Notes: a model not told the origin generated them from the letters alone. A stretch of DNA of 64,000 nt from the human T2T-CHM13v2.0 reference genome, Homo sapiens (GCF_009914755.1 NC_060927.1); one strand, 5' to 3'; counted from the stretch's first letter, positions 27,990 to 42,350 are shown. Program-made: numbers and translations.

Positions 27990-28780
27990 TGAATTTCTCT
28001 CTTTCTCCTCACCTAATGAGATTTTCATTTTAATTAGGCTGACTCCATCCGCCATCTCTTCTTAAATCCATATACTAATAGAACATGAGATTGCATCCCA
28101 ATCCAAACTTTCTATCTGGATGGGTTTGAGCAGCAAATAATTTAGAGAAGTTAGACTGTGAAAGGATCTTACTTGTCTAATAATTTAATTAGCCGAGATA
28201 TTATGGGCAATTTACACTTCACTGATGACATCCCCCACTGCATGAGTTAACGCAGGGGAAGAGCGCTTTAGCAAAACGCTAGGAATGACATTTTCATATA
28301 CCCCTGAGATTCCAAGGACATCAGCTCACCAGGAAAAGCCAGACAGAAATCTACATGCATGACTCAAAGTAGTCAGTTCCCACTGGTAGTTACTCATGTT
28401 GCTTCGGAGGAAAGAAGACTCTCAAATATCGAGTTTAACATAAATACGTCTGTTCCCTGTGTACTTTCCAAATTTTAAATGCTGCAAGTTCTTTCCAGAC
28501 CTCTAGCTAAAAGGAAAAACAAGGTTAATTGCTCCGACCCCCGCAAAAGACCAGTGCAGACTAGCAAATACGTACATACACAAACACGCACACACAGAGC
28601 AACTTGCTCTAATTGTTTTGAGAGGGGTGCAGATTTCTCATGGAGAATCTGGCAAGCTCGCCTGCTGTGTTCCACAGCCATTTCCAACCCCGTGGACTTC
28701 TCCTCTCATTTTTTCAGTCAGTACGTAATTTAGACCTGCGAGGATTTAAACTACAGGGCTATAATTTGTTATAATGTGCG
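27990..28780. promoter_or_regulatory. Candidate enhancer / conserved non-coding element
   Basis: Unique sequence; TTAATTAG twice and ctaataatttaattag; AP-1 TGACTCA at 28360; retained CpGs. Confidence 0.3.
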
Positions 28781-29269
28781 TTTCTTTACTTTCTCTCTTT
28801 TTTTTTTTTTTTCAGGACAGTTCTAAACTTCCATGGCTCTTATGAATTAAATGAAGATGTAGTAAAGACCTTAAAATGAGGCCTAAAGGAAAAAACAAAA
28901 ATTCTTCCTCCTCCAGCTCCAGTTGGAGTTCCGAATGACTTCCTAATCCTGCTGTTTCTGGGCCAACCACCCCCACCTTTCTCTATTCCTTTCCTAAGAA
29001 CCAACTGCATCTCAGCCTGTTCTTTCTTGGCTCTGCCAGAAGGGAGCCCTCCTGCATGCCTGGGACCACCCACAGACTGCTGGCTCTGTTTGGACAGGAG
29101 GACCCAACTGCAAAGAGGGAACATCTTGCCTGTTTCCAAAAGGGGGGTGAGTCACCTTGGTTCAAGCAGTCAGCTCTTAGCAGCAGTTACACACTCCCAC
29201 CCTCACCCCCATGGCCTTACATGGCCAGAGTCTAGGTGGCATCTAGAATAGGGATGTCCAAGTGGCAGC

Positions 29270-29437
29270 TGATGGACCAATGCTTGGCTGGCCAGAACAT
29301 AACTACCCACTGAGGTTTATGAAATACACAGATTTCCAGGGCCCGCCCCCAGAGGTTTTGATGCAGAAGGTCCTGGCATGGTAACTGAGAATCTGTCCGA
29401 GGTGACATTGATGGACAGCGAGGCTTGAGACCCACTG
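29270..29437. mobile_element. MER5A-like
   Basis: cagatttccagggcccgcccccagaggttttgatgcagaaggtc...ttgagacccactg. Confidence 0.65.
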
Positions 29438-29609
29438 GTTTGGAACCAAGATACTCAAGGTAAGGTTCTCAAGGAAGTGAGATAAGGTGGAAATGTGGGA
29501 GAAGATGTGTCTCTTAACACCACTATCACAGGAGCCTTTCTGGGTGCCTTTTGAAAGAGGACTCACATACTGGGGTATGTGGAGTTGGTCAGAATAGGGT
29601 TTTTTAAAA

Positions 29610-29760
29610 GGTGAAAACTTTGGAATTGAACAGACTTGGCTTCCAGTTTCTCTGAAACTGACAGACCCAACTTCCAGTTCCTCCTTTGTTATTTAGGTGC
29701 TGGGAAATCTTGAACAAGTCTGAGCCTCAATTTCCTCAAATGATAAATGGGAATGGTGAG
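29610..29760 (+). mobile_element. MIR
   Basis: ttgaacaagtctgagcctcaatttcctc...taaatggg. Confidence 0.65.
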
Positions 29761-30500
29761 GCTGAGGATGATAAAGGATAATCACTAACAATTACATTGT
29801 GCATACTTTGTGCTGGCCACTGTTCTAATATTACAGACATCCATTTGCTGGGATGTTGAGCATGAAGTCAGATATTTCATATAACATGCTCAGCATATTG
29901 CCTTACACATTGTTAAAAAGAAGCTACTGTTATGGTTTTATGTCCTTATTTGTCCAGGAAGATAACTGCCCTTACTGTCTCCTTAGGCAGGATGCAAACT
30001 TCCACACCCCTCCAGCCAGCAGTTTCCTGGCCATGCAGCCCCCTCTCCCACCCCATCCGTGATCTAGTTTCTCATGCTGTCCCTATAACATACACCTTAA
30101 GGTTCTAGCATGAAAGGCCCTGGTTAAGATAAAACTGTTCTTATGGAATAAAATACTTTCCTGTTAGACTTCAGATATAATTTATTTTTCAGACCAATTA
30201 CTTAGCAGGATCCTAAAGAGTTTAGGATAAAAAAAGAATACAAGGGAAAGCAGAAGTCAAGAGTGTAAACTGGGGTAAAATTTGCATATCCTTTCAAGTT
30301 AAGGATCTTCATCTTAGGATCATAGACACGTTGGAAAACCTATTATAATCCATGCACTCTCTCGCCAGAAAATCCTATGTGGGCATGTGCACATATAAAA
30401 TATTCTGCATATAACTTCAGGAGATTCATTACACTGATGCCCATCAATGGATGCCCTTGGGAAATTGTGGCCTATAAGTTGAAAATCCAGCCTTTTAGTT

Positions 30501-30698
30501 CAAGGGTTAGCAAACTCTTTCTTTTCAGGGTCAGATAGTAAATCTTTTTAACTCTGGAGGTCATATGGTCTCTGTTACAACTACTCAGTCCTGCCACTGT
30601 AACGCAATAGCTGCCACATATGATAATGAAACAAATCACATGGCTGTGTTCCAATGAAACTTTATTTACAAAAACGGGCTACAGTTTGCTGACCCTTG
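30501..30698 (+). mobile_element. MER58A
   Basis: caagggttagcaaact...cagatagtaaat...catggctgtgttccaatgaaactttatttacaaaaac...agtttgctgacccttg (TIRs). Confidence 0.9.
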
Positions 30699-33520
30699 CT
30701 TTGAGTTTTGGTATGCCACCATGAGTCATTACCCATTCAGGGAACATGTAGGGCCCCAGGCTTCCACAGAGTACAGTCTGACAAGAATGCTTTCTTCCCT
30801 GCAAGCTCCCCCAACAACCCTCTGCCCCCCTGCCCCTCCACCACCCCAGGCTTGGCTAAATACCTTCACAGCTTAGTAGTCTAGATTTCTAGGACTATGG
30901 CAGCTTCAAGGAGGTCTTGCTTCTCTCTCATTTAACTCTCTCCCCAGACCCTAAAAGTATCATGCCCTCTAAGCTGTTCTCATTAAAATCTCCTTCTATA
31001 TAAATGAACCTAACGTCTAAACAGCAATGTTTTCATCCCTTGAAAATGCAGCTGCACATACATTTACAAGATTCGAGTGGAAGTGCTTAACCTAGGGGTA
31101 TTGGTTCATCCCAAGTAGGTCTTGAAGGGAATAAAGAAAAAGAATAACATGGCCTAAAAACCTAGAGCAGGCCTGGGTTGTCCTAAGTAATTACATAAAT
31201 TACTTAAGTGGGGTTACCATAGGTTAGAAAATCGCCTTATTAGTTTTGACAAATTTCATGAGAAAACGCTGCATCTTTAGATGCGGCATGATTAAAACAT
31301 AATCTGCAGACGGCAGGAAGAGAACAGCCACTCCATTTTCCCCTGTGGTCATGTTTTTTTAAAGAACCTTTTAAATAATAGACACGGTTGTAATCAGATG
31401 CTACCCAAAGATAGATATGACATTATTAACCATGGAGAAGAGCCTGTTTCTCATCCCTCCTCTGCTAGATTTGCGCTATCCAACACACAGGATATACATC
31501 TGGGCTGATAATTAAACATGTTTAATGTTCATCGTAGCTGTTCTATGGAACGTGTTGCCACAGACTGCCTTTTGTATCCTTAGCTTGGACTTACTCTCGG
31601 ATGAATGTGTGAGTGGGATGTGGGTGAAGTCACCTTGCCAACCAGACAGAAAGACAAAAATCACTTGATTCAAGAACCGTTTGCAGTTTTTCAGCCCAAC
31701 TCCCAGCTCTCTTTCTTCATTTCCCAGGAATCTTTTCTTAATGTAAAATATCTTCCTGTTGACATGACAGGGAGAGTGGGGGGAAGGCTGGTTTTCATCC
31801 AGAGGAAACTGCTGGCTAAAGAACAGTAACTTGAAGTAGAGGAGTCTGAACCCCAAACCACACATGACAAGATGAGCACATTGAGTGTCCCATTTAGTCT
31901 GTGATTCAGATGTCTGAGTTCCTCTTACAGATATCTTCTCAGCTACATCATACAATTAAAAAACCCCCTCCATGACCTAACTATTGTAAATTCTTCAGTT
32001 CACTCAATTTAAAAACCTTCCAGGGAGCTTCAGCGTGAACAAGAGGCTATTTTTACAGCACCCCCAGGCATGCAAAGTGTTAGAAAAAAGCATCATCCCT
32101 CATGGGTCAATTAATTTAGAGGTCAGCTACCTCACCACCTGAAAAGATATATTTGTCTGTCCTGCAAGCATCTACAACTACAGGCAGACATTGCCCAAAG
32201 AATGGTAAACAAAGGAAACTTTTTACCCGATAAACATTTGGTCTTGATACGGGAAGTTCTCTTTTCCCAGTGGAAGCAAATGAAAATGCCACTGTTACAT
32301 TTTTTCACAGGAGATGAGCCTAAAAGATGCCTTTGAGACACCAACAATCTGTATGCTGCAGGCTTTGGTATTTAACACAAGTGAAAGGGGCTTTGCCCTG
32401 CAATGGGAAGCCATGTTTGGTTTTGTTCTTAGAGATCTGTCTGAGTTTCCTAATTAGGAAGACGCCTGGAGAACATCAACAGGTCAAATATTTATTCTCG
32501 GAGAAGAGGCCAGGCTCGCCTAACATGCTCTCCCGATGTGTAGGTGAGTCACTTCCAAAGGCAGGAAGGATTACAAGCTGCTGAGTTCACAAATGGCTGC
32601 CAAGCTCAGGAGTTAGGGCCTCCTTCCCCAACTGTGCATGCATCACAGCTCACCAACCCACCTGGGGGCTCAGCATGACACAAAGGCTGAGCTCCTGCTC
32701 CTGGGGAGGTCAGCTCCAATCACTGGCATTTCAGAAAGCCCAAGAATGTTTGTCTTCCAAAGAGCTAATGCATAAGACCAGTTGGCCTGGAAAGGTTATT
32801 ACCTTGAAGAATGCTAGGAGTCAAGAAGACAGATAACTGGCACCTATGATGCTAAATCCCCGTTTCCTTGGTTCCAAAATGTTATTCCATCACCCACAAT
32901 CTGCTCCTTTTCTATTCTCTGCCTCTCTTTCCCTCTTCCTCTCCACCCCACCCCTACACCTTTGCATGAACCCCTTAAGTTCCTTTGAATAAAGCAACAC
33001 AGCCTTTCCCTCTTGGTCTTTCATCTGTCACTAATTGGGATCAGTATTTTCCAGTTATATAAAGAGTGCCTGTGTGGCTTTATAACATATGCTGACAAAT
33101 CATTTGGCAAACACTTTCTTTTGTTGCAACAAACTGCACTGTGGAGGACCGTAGCATTGGCAACCAAATATGTACACTCTTAATGAAGCAACAGAGATAA
33201 GAAATCCAACTTGACGCTGACTGCAGGCTCTGGGGAGCCAGAATCATATTAAAAAGGAAAATAGTGATCTATTATATAGGATGGATGTTTGTTGGAATGA
33301 TTTCCAGATGGATCCAGGAGGCTCAAGAAGAGAAATTACTAAAGAATTATGCGAGGTTCACATGAAGGTGCTGTTAAGTCACAATTTATTTAGGAGGAAT
33401 TTGCCCCAGCCTCATCATGTAATTAAAACCTTATAGAGTGCCTCCTAAAGCAGGATAGTGCACCAGGTTAAATGAGAATAAGAGATTAAAATCACTCTCA
33501 CTTGAGAAGACATGATGCTT

Positions 33521-34500
33521 CACTCATTAATTCAGTAAGGATTACTGAGAACCCACTATCTGCCAGGCTCTGTTCTAGGTCCTTGGGATACATCAGTTAA
33601 CACAAAAAGATTCCTGACCTTGCATTTCGTGAGGGAGGGAGTGACTATATTTAGCAGGGGCAGACAAACAAAAAATAAGTAAATGCTAAATATATTAGAA
33701 TGTAGTAAGTACTCTGCATAAAGAAAAGCAGTACACTGGGGGAATTGAGCACACCGGGGAAAGAGTGTTAAATTTTAAATAGATTGTCAAAGTAGACCAG
33801 GGAACGACTTGAAGGAAGTGAAGGCATTCTAGGCAAAAGGAACAGCTGGTGCAAAGGTCCTGTGGCAGGGGCATGCTCCAGGAACTACGAACAGCCCGGT
33901 GTGGCTGGAGCACAGTGGGCCTGAGAGAGTACAGTACTAGATGAGAAATGAAAGAAACTGGGGGTGAAGAAAGGAGCTGTTGATCACATGATGACTGAGG
34001 GAGACGGGGGAGCCACTGGAGGGTTTTGATTAGAGACCTGACATGCTTTCCAAGGACCCCTCTGGGGGCTGGGATAGAAGGAATGCTGTTGCTGGAATCC
34101 AGGCAAGAGATGACAGTGACCACAATCAGGGTGGTAGCAATGGAAGTGGTGGGAGATGGTCAGAGTCTGTATATATTTTAAGGGTAGAGCCAACAGCACT
34201 TCCTGGTGAACTGAGTGTGAGGTGCAAGAGCAAGAGAAGAGTCAAAAGTGACCCCAAAGTTTTTGGCCTGAGAAAAATGAGATAAATGGAATTGTCATCA
34301 ATTTCTATGGTTGGGATGGGATTTGGGGAGAAGACCAGGAGTCCAACTTTGGCCCTGTTAAGCTTGAGATGTCTGGTAGCCAACGAAGAGGAGACAATGA
34401 GGCAGCCACTGACTATGCAAGTCTGAGTTCAGGGAGGTACAAATCTGGGAGTTGGGGGCACATGGAGGATTTAGAGCCATGAGAAGGGTGAGCTCACCAT
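33521..34500 (-). mobile_element. L2a (~1 kb)
   Basis: ctatctgccaggctctgttctagg...ggagccactggagggtttt...aatccaggcaagagatgacagtg...aagtttttggcctgag. Confidence 0.9.
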
Positions 34501-35034
34501 GGTAACAGGCATTTTGTCTACAAAGCCCTCCAAATCCAGAAAAGGTGTTGGATTCTCCTCACTATCCACTTCTGAATCAGAATGCCCCTTAAACAAATGC
34601 AACAACAGACAGAAGAGGAGAACCAGCAAACTCTGGCACACATCAATCACAGCCTTGGTCAGCTGAGAATTCAGTAAGATACAGAGTTATGTGAAAGCTT
34701 GTGTGAGCCCTTCCGAGAAAGTAGAGTGGATGACTCCTGATTATTTTGAAAATTATATGGTACTTCTAAAGAAAGACGATAATGGGAAAAAACAGCATGA
34801 AGTCTAGAGCTCCAGTGTGCAGTCAAAACAGGCAAAATAACCAGTTACTCGAATTAAATTCTCAATTGAATTCATATTTCCTGTGCCTACTAAGTGTTTG
34901 GGTCTCCCCTGGAGAAGGCTCTCACCTCTCCTCCCTGCTCCCTAGGGTTACAGAAGCTGTGGGAAATATCTTCCTCTTTCATGCAAGAAGCACTTTATTT
35001 ATACCTCTCATAAAGCCCTTCTCTTCACATTTTA

Positions 35035-35330
35035 ATATATTGATTGATTGATACTTTGTCTTGTTTCAGGGAGAATTTAAGGCAGCTTATAAGGATATAA
35101 AAAATACAAGATGGCATAAATTAAAAATAGGAACAAAAGGAAAAGAAAAACGAGGACGGGAACATGAAATGGGTCCAAGAATGAGGCTAAATTGCATACC
35201 AAGAAGACGTATGGGCCACAAATTTGGTTCTAAGTTTGTAGCAGCCAATGTGGAAAAGGAAAAATTATACAATTACACAACTTGCTGTGTCCAAAAAGTA
35301 AAATCAGTCCAAGTGCTCTGGGAAAATTAA
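35035..35330 (-). mobile_element. L4 (RTE-X)-like LINE 3' fragment
   Basis: gaatttaaggcagcttataa...ctaagtttgtagcagccaatg resembles the L4 3' end. Confidence 0.5.
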
Positions 35331-35459
35331 AACACTCACATGCATCCTAAATAACATCATCCCTTCTCCTCTTTGGGTTCTCAGCTTATGTCCTGTCTAT
35401 AGGAGCTATTCAACAAATGTCTGTGGATAAATGAATGGATAATAAAAAACATAAACTCA

Positions 35460-36620
<1,161 letters not shown>

Positions 36621-36800
36621 AACATCAGCTAATGGAAACTGAAGCCGCATCTACGCTGGGCTCTGTGCTAAGCACAAGGTTTGAATTATGCCACCATCTC
36701 AACAGCTCTGTGTGGTTGGTACTATCATTATCATCATTTCACAGATGGAGAGAGATACTTCAAAGTCCATGCTTTGAAGTGTCAGGTCTGAGATGAGAAC

Positions 36801-36843
36801 TGTATGTGTGTGTGTGTGTGTGTGCGTGTGTGTGTGTGTGTGT
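36801..36843. repeat. (TG)n microsatellite
   Basis: Direct reading. Confidence 0.95.
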
Positions 36844-37289
36844 TTGGCACAGTTACCTGGCACCTCCTCAGGCTTCCTGAATTCGAAATCCAGAGTTAGG
36901 GCACAAGTACTCATCTTTTTTTAAGAAGCTGCAGGGGTGATTCAGGTGTGCTCTGCTGTTGAAGAACCATGAATCTCTGCCTGGCCAGGTCTCCAGTAAT
37001 TAAAAAATTACATTCAAAATACATTTAATTGGTGACAACTAAGGAATCATTATTTCTTGCTTTTGTTTTTGCCTTTGTCGAGGTCTTAGGTGCTAAAATT
37101 CAGCCAACTGTTTCTCAGATTCTGCTTTTAGCATGTGACGACGGGGAGGGGGAAGAGGGGTAAAACCACCAAGGAAGAACAAAACACACTCATCAAATTG
37201 TTCCAGAATCTTTCTTAGAAGCTGAGAGGGATTGGAGCTTCACAGATTATTCAAGGGTAAAAGGGCAAGGTTTAGAATGCTTCCCAAAT

Positions 37290-37525
37290 TTAGAAGTCTT
37301 ACTCCAGACCGTTCCAGATGAACGGCTTTCTAGGTTTTACCAGTCTCCAAGAAAGGCGATTCTCTCATCTGCCCTGGCAATGAACTCTCACTGTTTGATA
37401 GCTTTGTGTGAAAGTTCCTTCTTATATCTAACTTAAATCCCAGGAGCTTATTTAAACTCATTTCCTCCTCGACTGCTAGTGGATATTCAAAGGAGTTGGC
37501 CTTGATCTTTGAAGCAATCCTTCAT
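37290..37525 (-). mobile_element. L3/CR1 fragment
   Basis: tctccaagaaaggcgattc...gaaagttccttcttatatctaacttaaatccc...catttcctc matches the antisense L3 3' region. Confidence 0.7.
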
Positions 37526-37988
37526 ACTAAATAATATGAAGGACTTTTCTGTAATTGTTAGAAGAAAAAGAAAGGAATATATAAATTCAGCAAAAAAAAA
37601 AAAAAAAAAAAGAAAAAGGAGAAAAATTACTCGCAATTTCATTCCCAGGAGTTGTCTTCTATAGAAACATAAATTGATTTATCACATACATATGTTAGCA
37701 TCTGGAGTGAAACTAAGAACTATAATTATGATTAGAATTGTTGAATTTTGGAGCTGGAAGGAAATGAACTGTAAAATATCTATACTTATATGTAACATCC
37801 ACCGTAATTTAATTAGGCTTTCTCATTTCGTTCTCTCACTCATCCTACAGGAAGGGACTAGCATGCCCTTCTGAATGCAGATGAGGAAACCAAAGCTGAG
37901 AGGGGTTATGAGATGCCCAAGGTCACAATGGCCTGCTATGGAAGCGTCAGGACCCAAGTTCCAAAAGAGAACTAGTGGGACGTTAATA

Positions 37989-38206
37989 TGGTGGTTCTCA
38001 ACCAGGGGCAATTTTGCACCCCAGGAGACATTTAGGGACATCTGAAGATATGTTTGGGTGTTGCATGAGGAAAGTGGGTGGTGCTACTGGCACCTAGAGG
38101 TTAGAAGCCAGGGATGCTCTAAACATCCTGCAATGTACAGGAGGGGCCCCACAACAAGGAATTCTCCAGTCAAAAAGGTCAAAAGTGCTGAGATTGAGGA
38201 ACCTTG
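37989..38206 (+). mobile_element. MER20
   Basis: gtggttctcaaccaggggcaattttgcacccc...gccagggatgctctaaacatcctgcaatg...gtgctgagattgaggaacc. Confidence 0.9.
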
Positions 38207-38395
38207 CCTTAGGAAATTCTCCATTGAAAGCCTTCATCATTGATAGACCAAGAAATAGAAGCACAAAGATTTAGGTACAGAAAGATATTTATTCTCAATA
38301 ACTCAATTAATTTTTCTCTTGAGCTACGTAGAGAGAGTTTACTTTCCTACCAAAGGATCTATCTGATTCATTTTGTTTGGCATTTCACAAAGCTA

Positions 38396-38908
<513 letters not shown>

Positions 38909-38914
38909 TCACCT

Positions 38915-39110
38915 AGTGGTTAAGAGTCAGGGGTCCAGAACCAGACAGTCTGGGTTTCAATTCTGACTCCATAATTTATTAGCTGTATAACCTTCGGCAA
39001 GTTAACTAAACTCGTTTTACCTCCTTTTCTTAATCTACCAAATGGGGATAAAAGTTTGAACTTCATAGGGTTAATGTGATCATGAAATGAGTAAAATACT
39101 TAGTACAATG
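38915..39110 (+). mobile_element. MIR
   Basis: tagtggttaagag...ctgggtttcaattc...tagctgtataaccttcggcaagtta...aaatggggata. Confidence 0.8.
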
Positions 39111-39389
39111 CATGATTTTAAGTATTTGCTGCTGCTGTTGGTATTATTATTATTGTCCTATTGATAAAATAGGAGAATAGCAGGAACTTTGGGTTTGAGA
39201 AAGATTTTACTGGTAAACAGAAAGAAAAAAAACTGTAAGGTGTACCCAAGTTCAACTTTGGGCATGACAGTTTTTTAAACTTAGAAAGCATACAATGTTC
39301 AGACAGATGACTGATACATGCAACCTCTGCAACTGTTCTAAGGGCTAAATGTGCCAAAGATGTCCTAATAGACCAACACTGAACTCCTG

Positions 39390-39620
39390 ATTACCGTGTG
39401 CCACATACTATGCCAAGCATCACATCACAACACCTCATTATTGTCCCAGTGTCATGAAGTAGGTACTTTTAAAAATCTTCCTGTTACCAATGAGGAAATA
39501 AAAGCGTACCAACGCCAAGGACCATGCCCAGGGGCATTCAGCCAGTTTGTGACAGCACCAGGACTAAAAGGCTGGTACACTTGACTCTGGCCTGAGTGCT
39601 TAATCACTGAGTTATATTGC
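39390..39620 (-). mobile_element. MIR
   Basis: atgaagtaggtact...atgaggaaa...gtgcttaatcact. Confidence 0.65.
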
Positions 39621-41034
39621 CTCTGACTGTCTTTTATCCTGGGATCAAAAACACAGTGTGAACTGAGGATACATGATGGCGAATGAGTTTCCCTCTAATG
39701 GAGTTGAACAACACTCACTGTTCTTGAATTTTCTTTTTTGGCTGCTGCATTTTCTAGCTAGGCTGTCCATTAAGTTCTATAGCTTGAGGAAGCCTAAATA
39801 AAGCACACACATCCAAGGACACCTGCTGAGATGCCTTCTGGAGAACATTTGGTCTGCCCAGACCCTGGAGAACAAAGGAGGAATTGTATAAACCACATTC
39901 ATCTTGGAGGCTCCAAAACAACACACTCATACAAAGGGTGGCTCCTGACAGACTGAGCAGGCTGCCTGCATGGGAGTGATAAGTCCAAGACTGAGTGAGG
40001 TGTCTCCCATAACTGGAATTCCTTCTCTCCAAGATCAGGCATGCCTACCAGTGGGGAAGTCTCGGTTAGACCAGCCCATTCCACCTCTACTTTCAGCTCT
40101 CTATGCAACACCCCTATGGATGGACATCCAATGTTCAAAGCCAATGGTTGTGGGGACCTGGCAGTCCTGTTCGTAAGTCCTAGATGGATATTCTTAAAAA
40201 GCGGAACTGGTGGGAAGCAGTTTTACAAGCAGGAATGGGTGTGTCTGTTGCTTATTGCTGAGCACAGAGGTCCTACAACATCTGAGAGCTCTGTGGGGTT
40301 CTAAGGAAGTCACAAATACTCAGCACAATCTCCAAAGCCACATAGGTGATGCCAGGCTCAAGTGCCAAGACTGAAAAATTATGAAAAGAACAGTATGTCT
40401 CTCTGTTGCCAGGTGGCACTTAAAACACTGGGATGTGGTTTGCATGAGACACTCTCTGGCATGGAATCTTTTCTTTCTTTTCAGCACAACATAGAACCGG
40501 GGCTAAAAAGGCCTAAGACATTGTTAAATTAGGTTATTCCTGCTCCTTCTCTCTTTATATCATGTTCTTATTACTCTAAAATAACTTCTTTTATTACTCC
40601 AAAATAACTTCTCTAATTATATGTCAATGCATAAAACTCAGAAAAAATACCAAAGACAGAGAACTAAATCACAGAAAAATCATCCATAATCCCACTACCC
40701 CTGCATCCCCTGTCTTAAGATTTTAGTTGATATATTTTTCTATTAATTTTTCCAGAAACATGTTAAAACAAAGAATGGTTTCAAATGGCACCTACTGTTG
40801 TATAGGCTAGGTTTCCCCCGCTTAGCAACGTATCATAAACTCAGATTCTTTTCAGTGCCTTGCCATAGTTTCTTTAGGTTCTTAAAGTAATCCTATGACA
40901 TATACAGATTAGAAAACTGAAACCAAGTGTAAAGTAAACAGGCTGAGGAAATAAGCGAGTTTGGTGGCAGAGTTAAGACTAGACTCACGTTCCCATGTCA
41001 AACTCTACCTTTAATTTACCAACAACCAGAATCA

Positions 41035-41106
41035 GCCCTTTCTGGTAAGGGGCCAGGAAGAAAATGTTTTAGGCTTTGCAAGCTGTACAACATCTGTTGC
41101 AAACTA
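41035..41106 (+). mobile_element. MER58A 5' fragment
   Basis: aaggggccag...aaatgttttaggctttgc...tctgttgcaaacta. Confidence 0.65.
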
Positions 41107-41240
41107 CAGTCATGAGCTGCATAAACGCCATTTCGGATGACAGTTCACATGTTCAGTAGTGGTCTCATGAGATCATAATACCATGTTTTTACTGTACTTT
41201 TTCTATGTTTAATACACAAATACCATTTTGTTACAATTGG
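41107..41240 (+). mobile_element. Tigger3 (MER7/Golem)-like left end, truncated
   Basis: TA|cagtcatgagctgcataa...gtggtctcatgagatcataatacc...tttttactgtac...tttctatgttta. Confidence 0.75.
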
Positions 41241-41279
41241 GGTTGGCATATATTTGCAAAGTAAGAGGCTACAACACTA

Positions 41280-41460
41280 ACTTATTTTATCCTTATAACA
41301 ATCCTTATAACAATCTCAAGGGAGACTTAAATTATTTTCCTCATTTTACAGATGTAGAAACTGAGACTCAGAGGGTTAAGAAACTTGCTGTTGTCACAAA
41401 GCTATTAAGTATAGAGCTGAGATGTGACCTCAGATAGCCTAACTACAGAATTTATATTCA
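41280..41460 (-). mobile_element. MIR
   Basis: cattttacagatgtagaaactgagactcagagggttaag. Confidence 0.85.
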
Positions 41461-42139
41461 AATCCCTAGCCTCTCCTGCTTTCTACAAACACGGCACAGA
41501 TGTATAATCTGAGAGTCACCTATGAATAGGTATTTATTACTACCTCCATACTGATGAAAATAATGGAACTATAATCCCAATAAGTCAAACGTGAAAGATT
41601 ATCTAAGCTATGCCTAGACATATGCCTATAACACATTGAAGGATGTGTCAGAGAGATAGGCTCCTTTCTGAAAGTAAACATATTTACCTGACCCAAATAA
41701 ATAAGACTTGGAAAATCATAATTTTATAAAACGAAATCCATAAGATAGAATTCAAATATGTTTGGGGTTATTCCGTTTTTTTAAAAAAGTACTGCCCTAG
41801 CTTCTAGCACAACAGAAGAGCTTTGGCATGACCAGAGGAATATGTAAAGGAATTCATAATTTAATGAATGACTTTGGGGTGCTGACCACACGAAGCAAAG
41901 ATGGGCTGAAAGAAGAAAGAAGAACACAGACAGCCGTTTGCAGAGTTCCTCCAGACCTGTGGCTGGGTGCTTCATGCCTCTGTCTATCACAACAATCAAA
42001 GAATCAAAGAATGCCTGATGACTCATTATTACAACCAACACTCAAAACCCTACAGCCATCTGAAATTTTTGTTCAGTCGTGCAGAGACCACCTCTGCGTT
42101 CTTCGCTAAGGATAGCCCCATCAGATACATGTATCTAAC

Positions 42140-42350
42140 CATTTATTGATAATTCACATATGCTAGGCAACTGGCTAAGTGCTTTACAAAAATGCTCACA
42201 ACTCTGTGAGTTAGGCATTACTATTCCATTTTACTGATGGGAAAACTGAGGCTCGGAAATGTTCATTAATTTGCTCAAGGTCACACAGCTCATAAGTAGC
42301 AGAGCCAAAACTTGAATCCAATTTTCTCTAATTCCAAATTCTGTCTTTTT
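42140..42350 (-). mobile_element. MIR
   Basis: ccattttactgatgggaaaactgaggctcgg...ttgctcaaggtcacacagct. Confidence 0.9.

Noticed and set aside
31512-31955. 147-aa ORF in unique DNA
   Set aside because: Non-ATG start, no recognisable homology or codon pattern, and the length is plausible by chance; PhyloCSF would settle it
33120-33133. 14-bp perfect palindrome tttgttgcaacaaa and a nearby TATATAAAG (~33057)
   Set aside because: Several 14-bp palindromes and TATA-like words are expected by chance in 64 kb of AT-rich DNA, and there is no other promoter evidence
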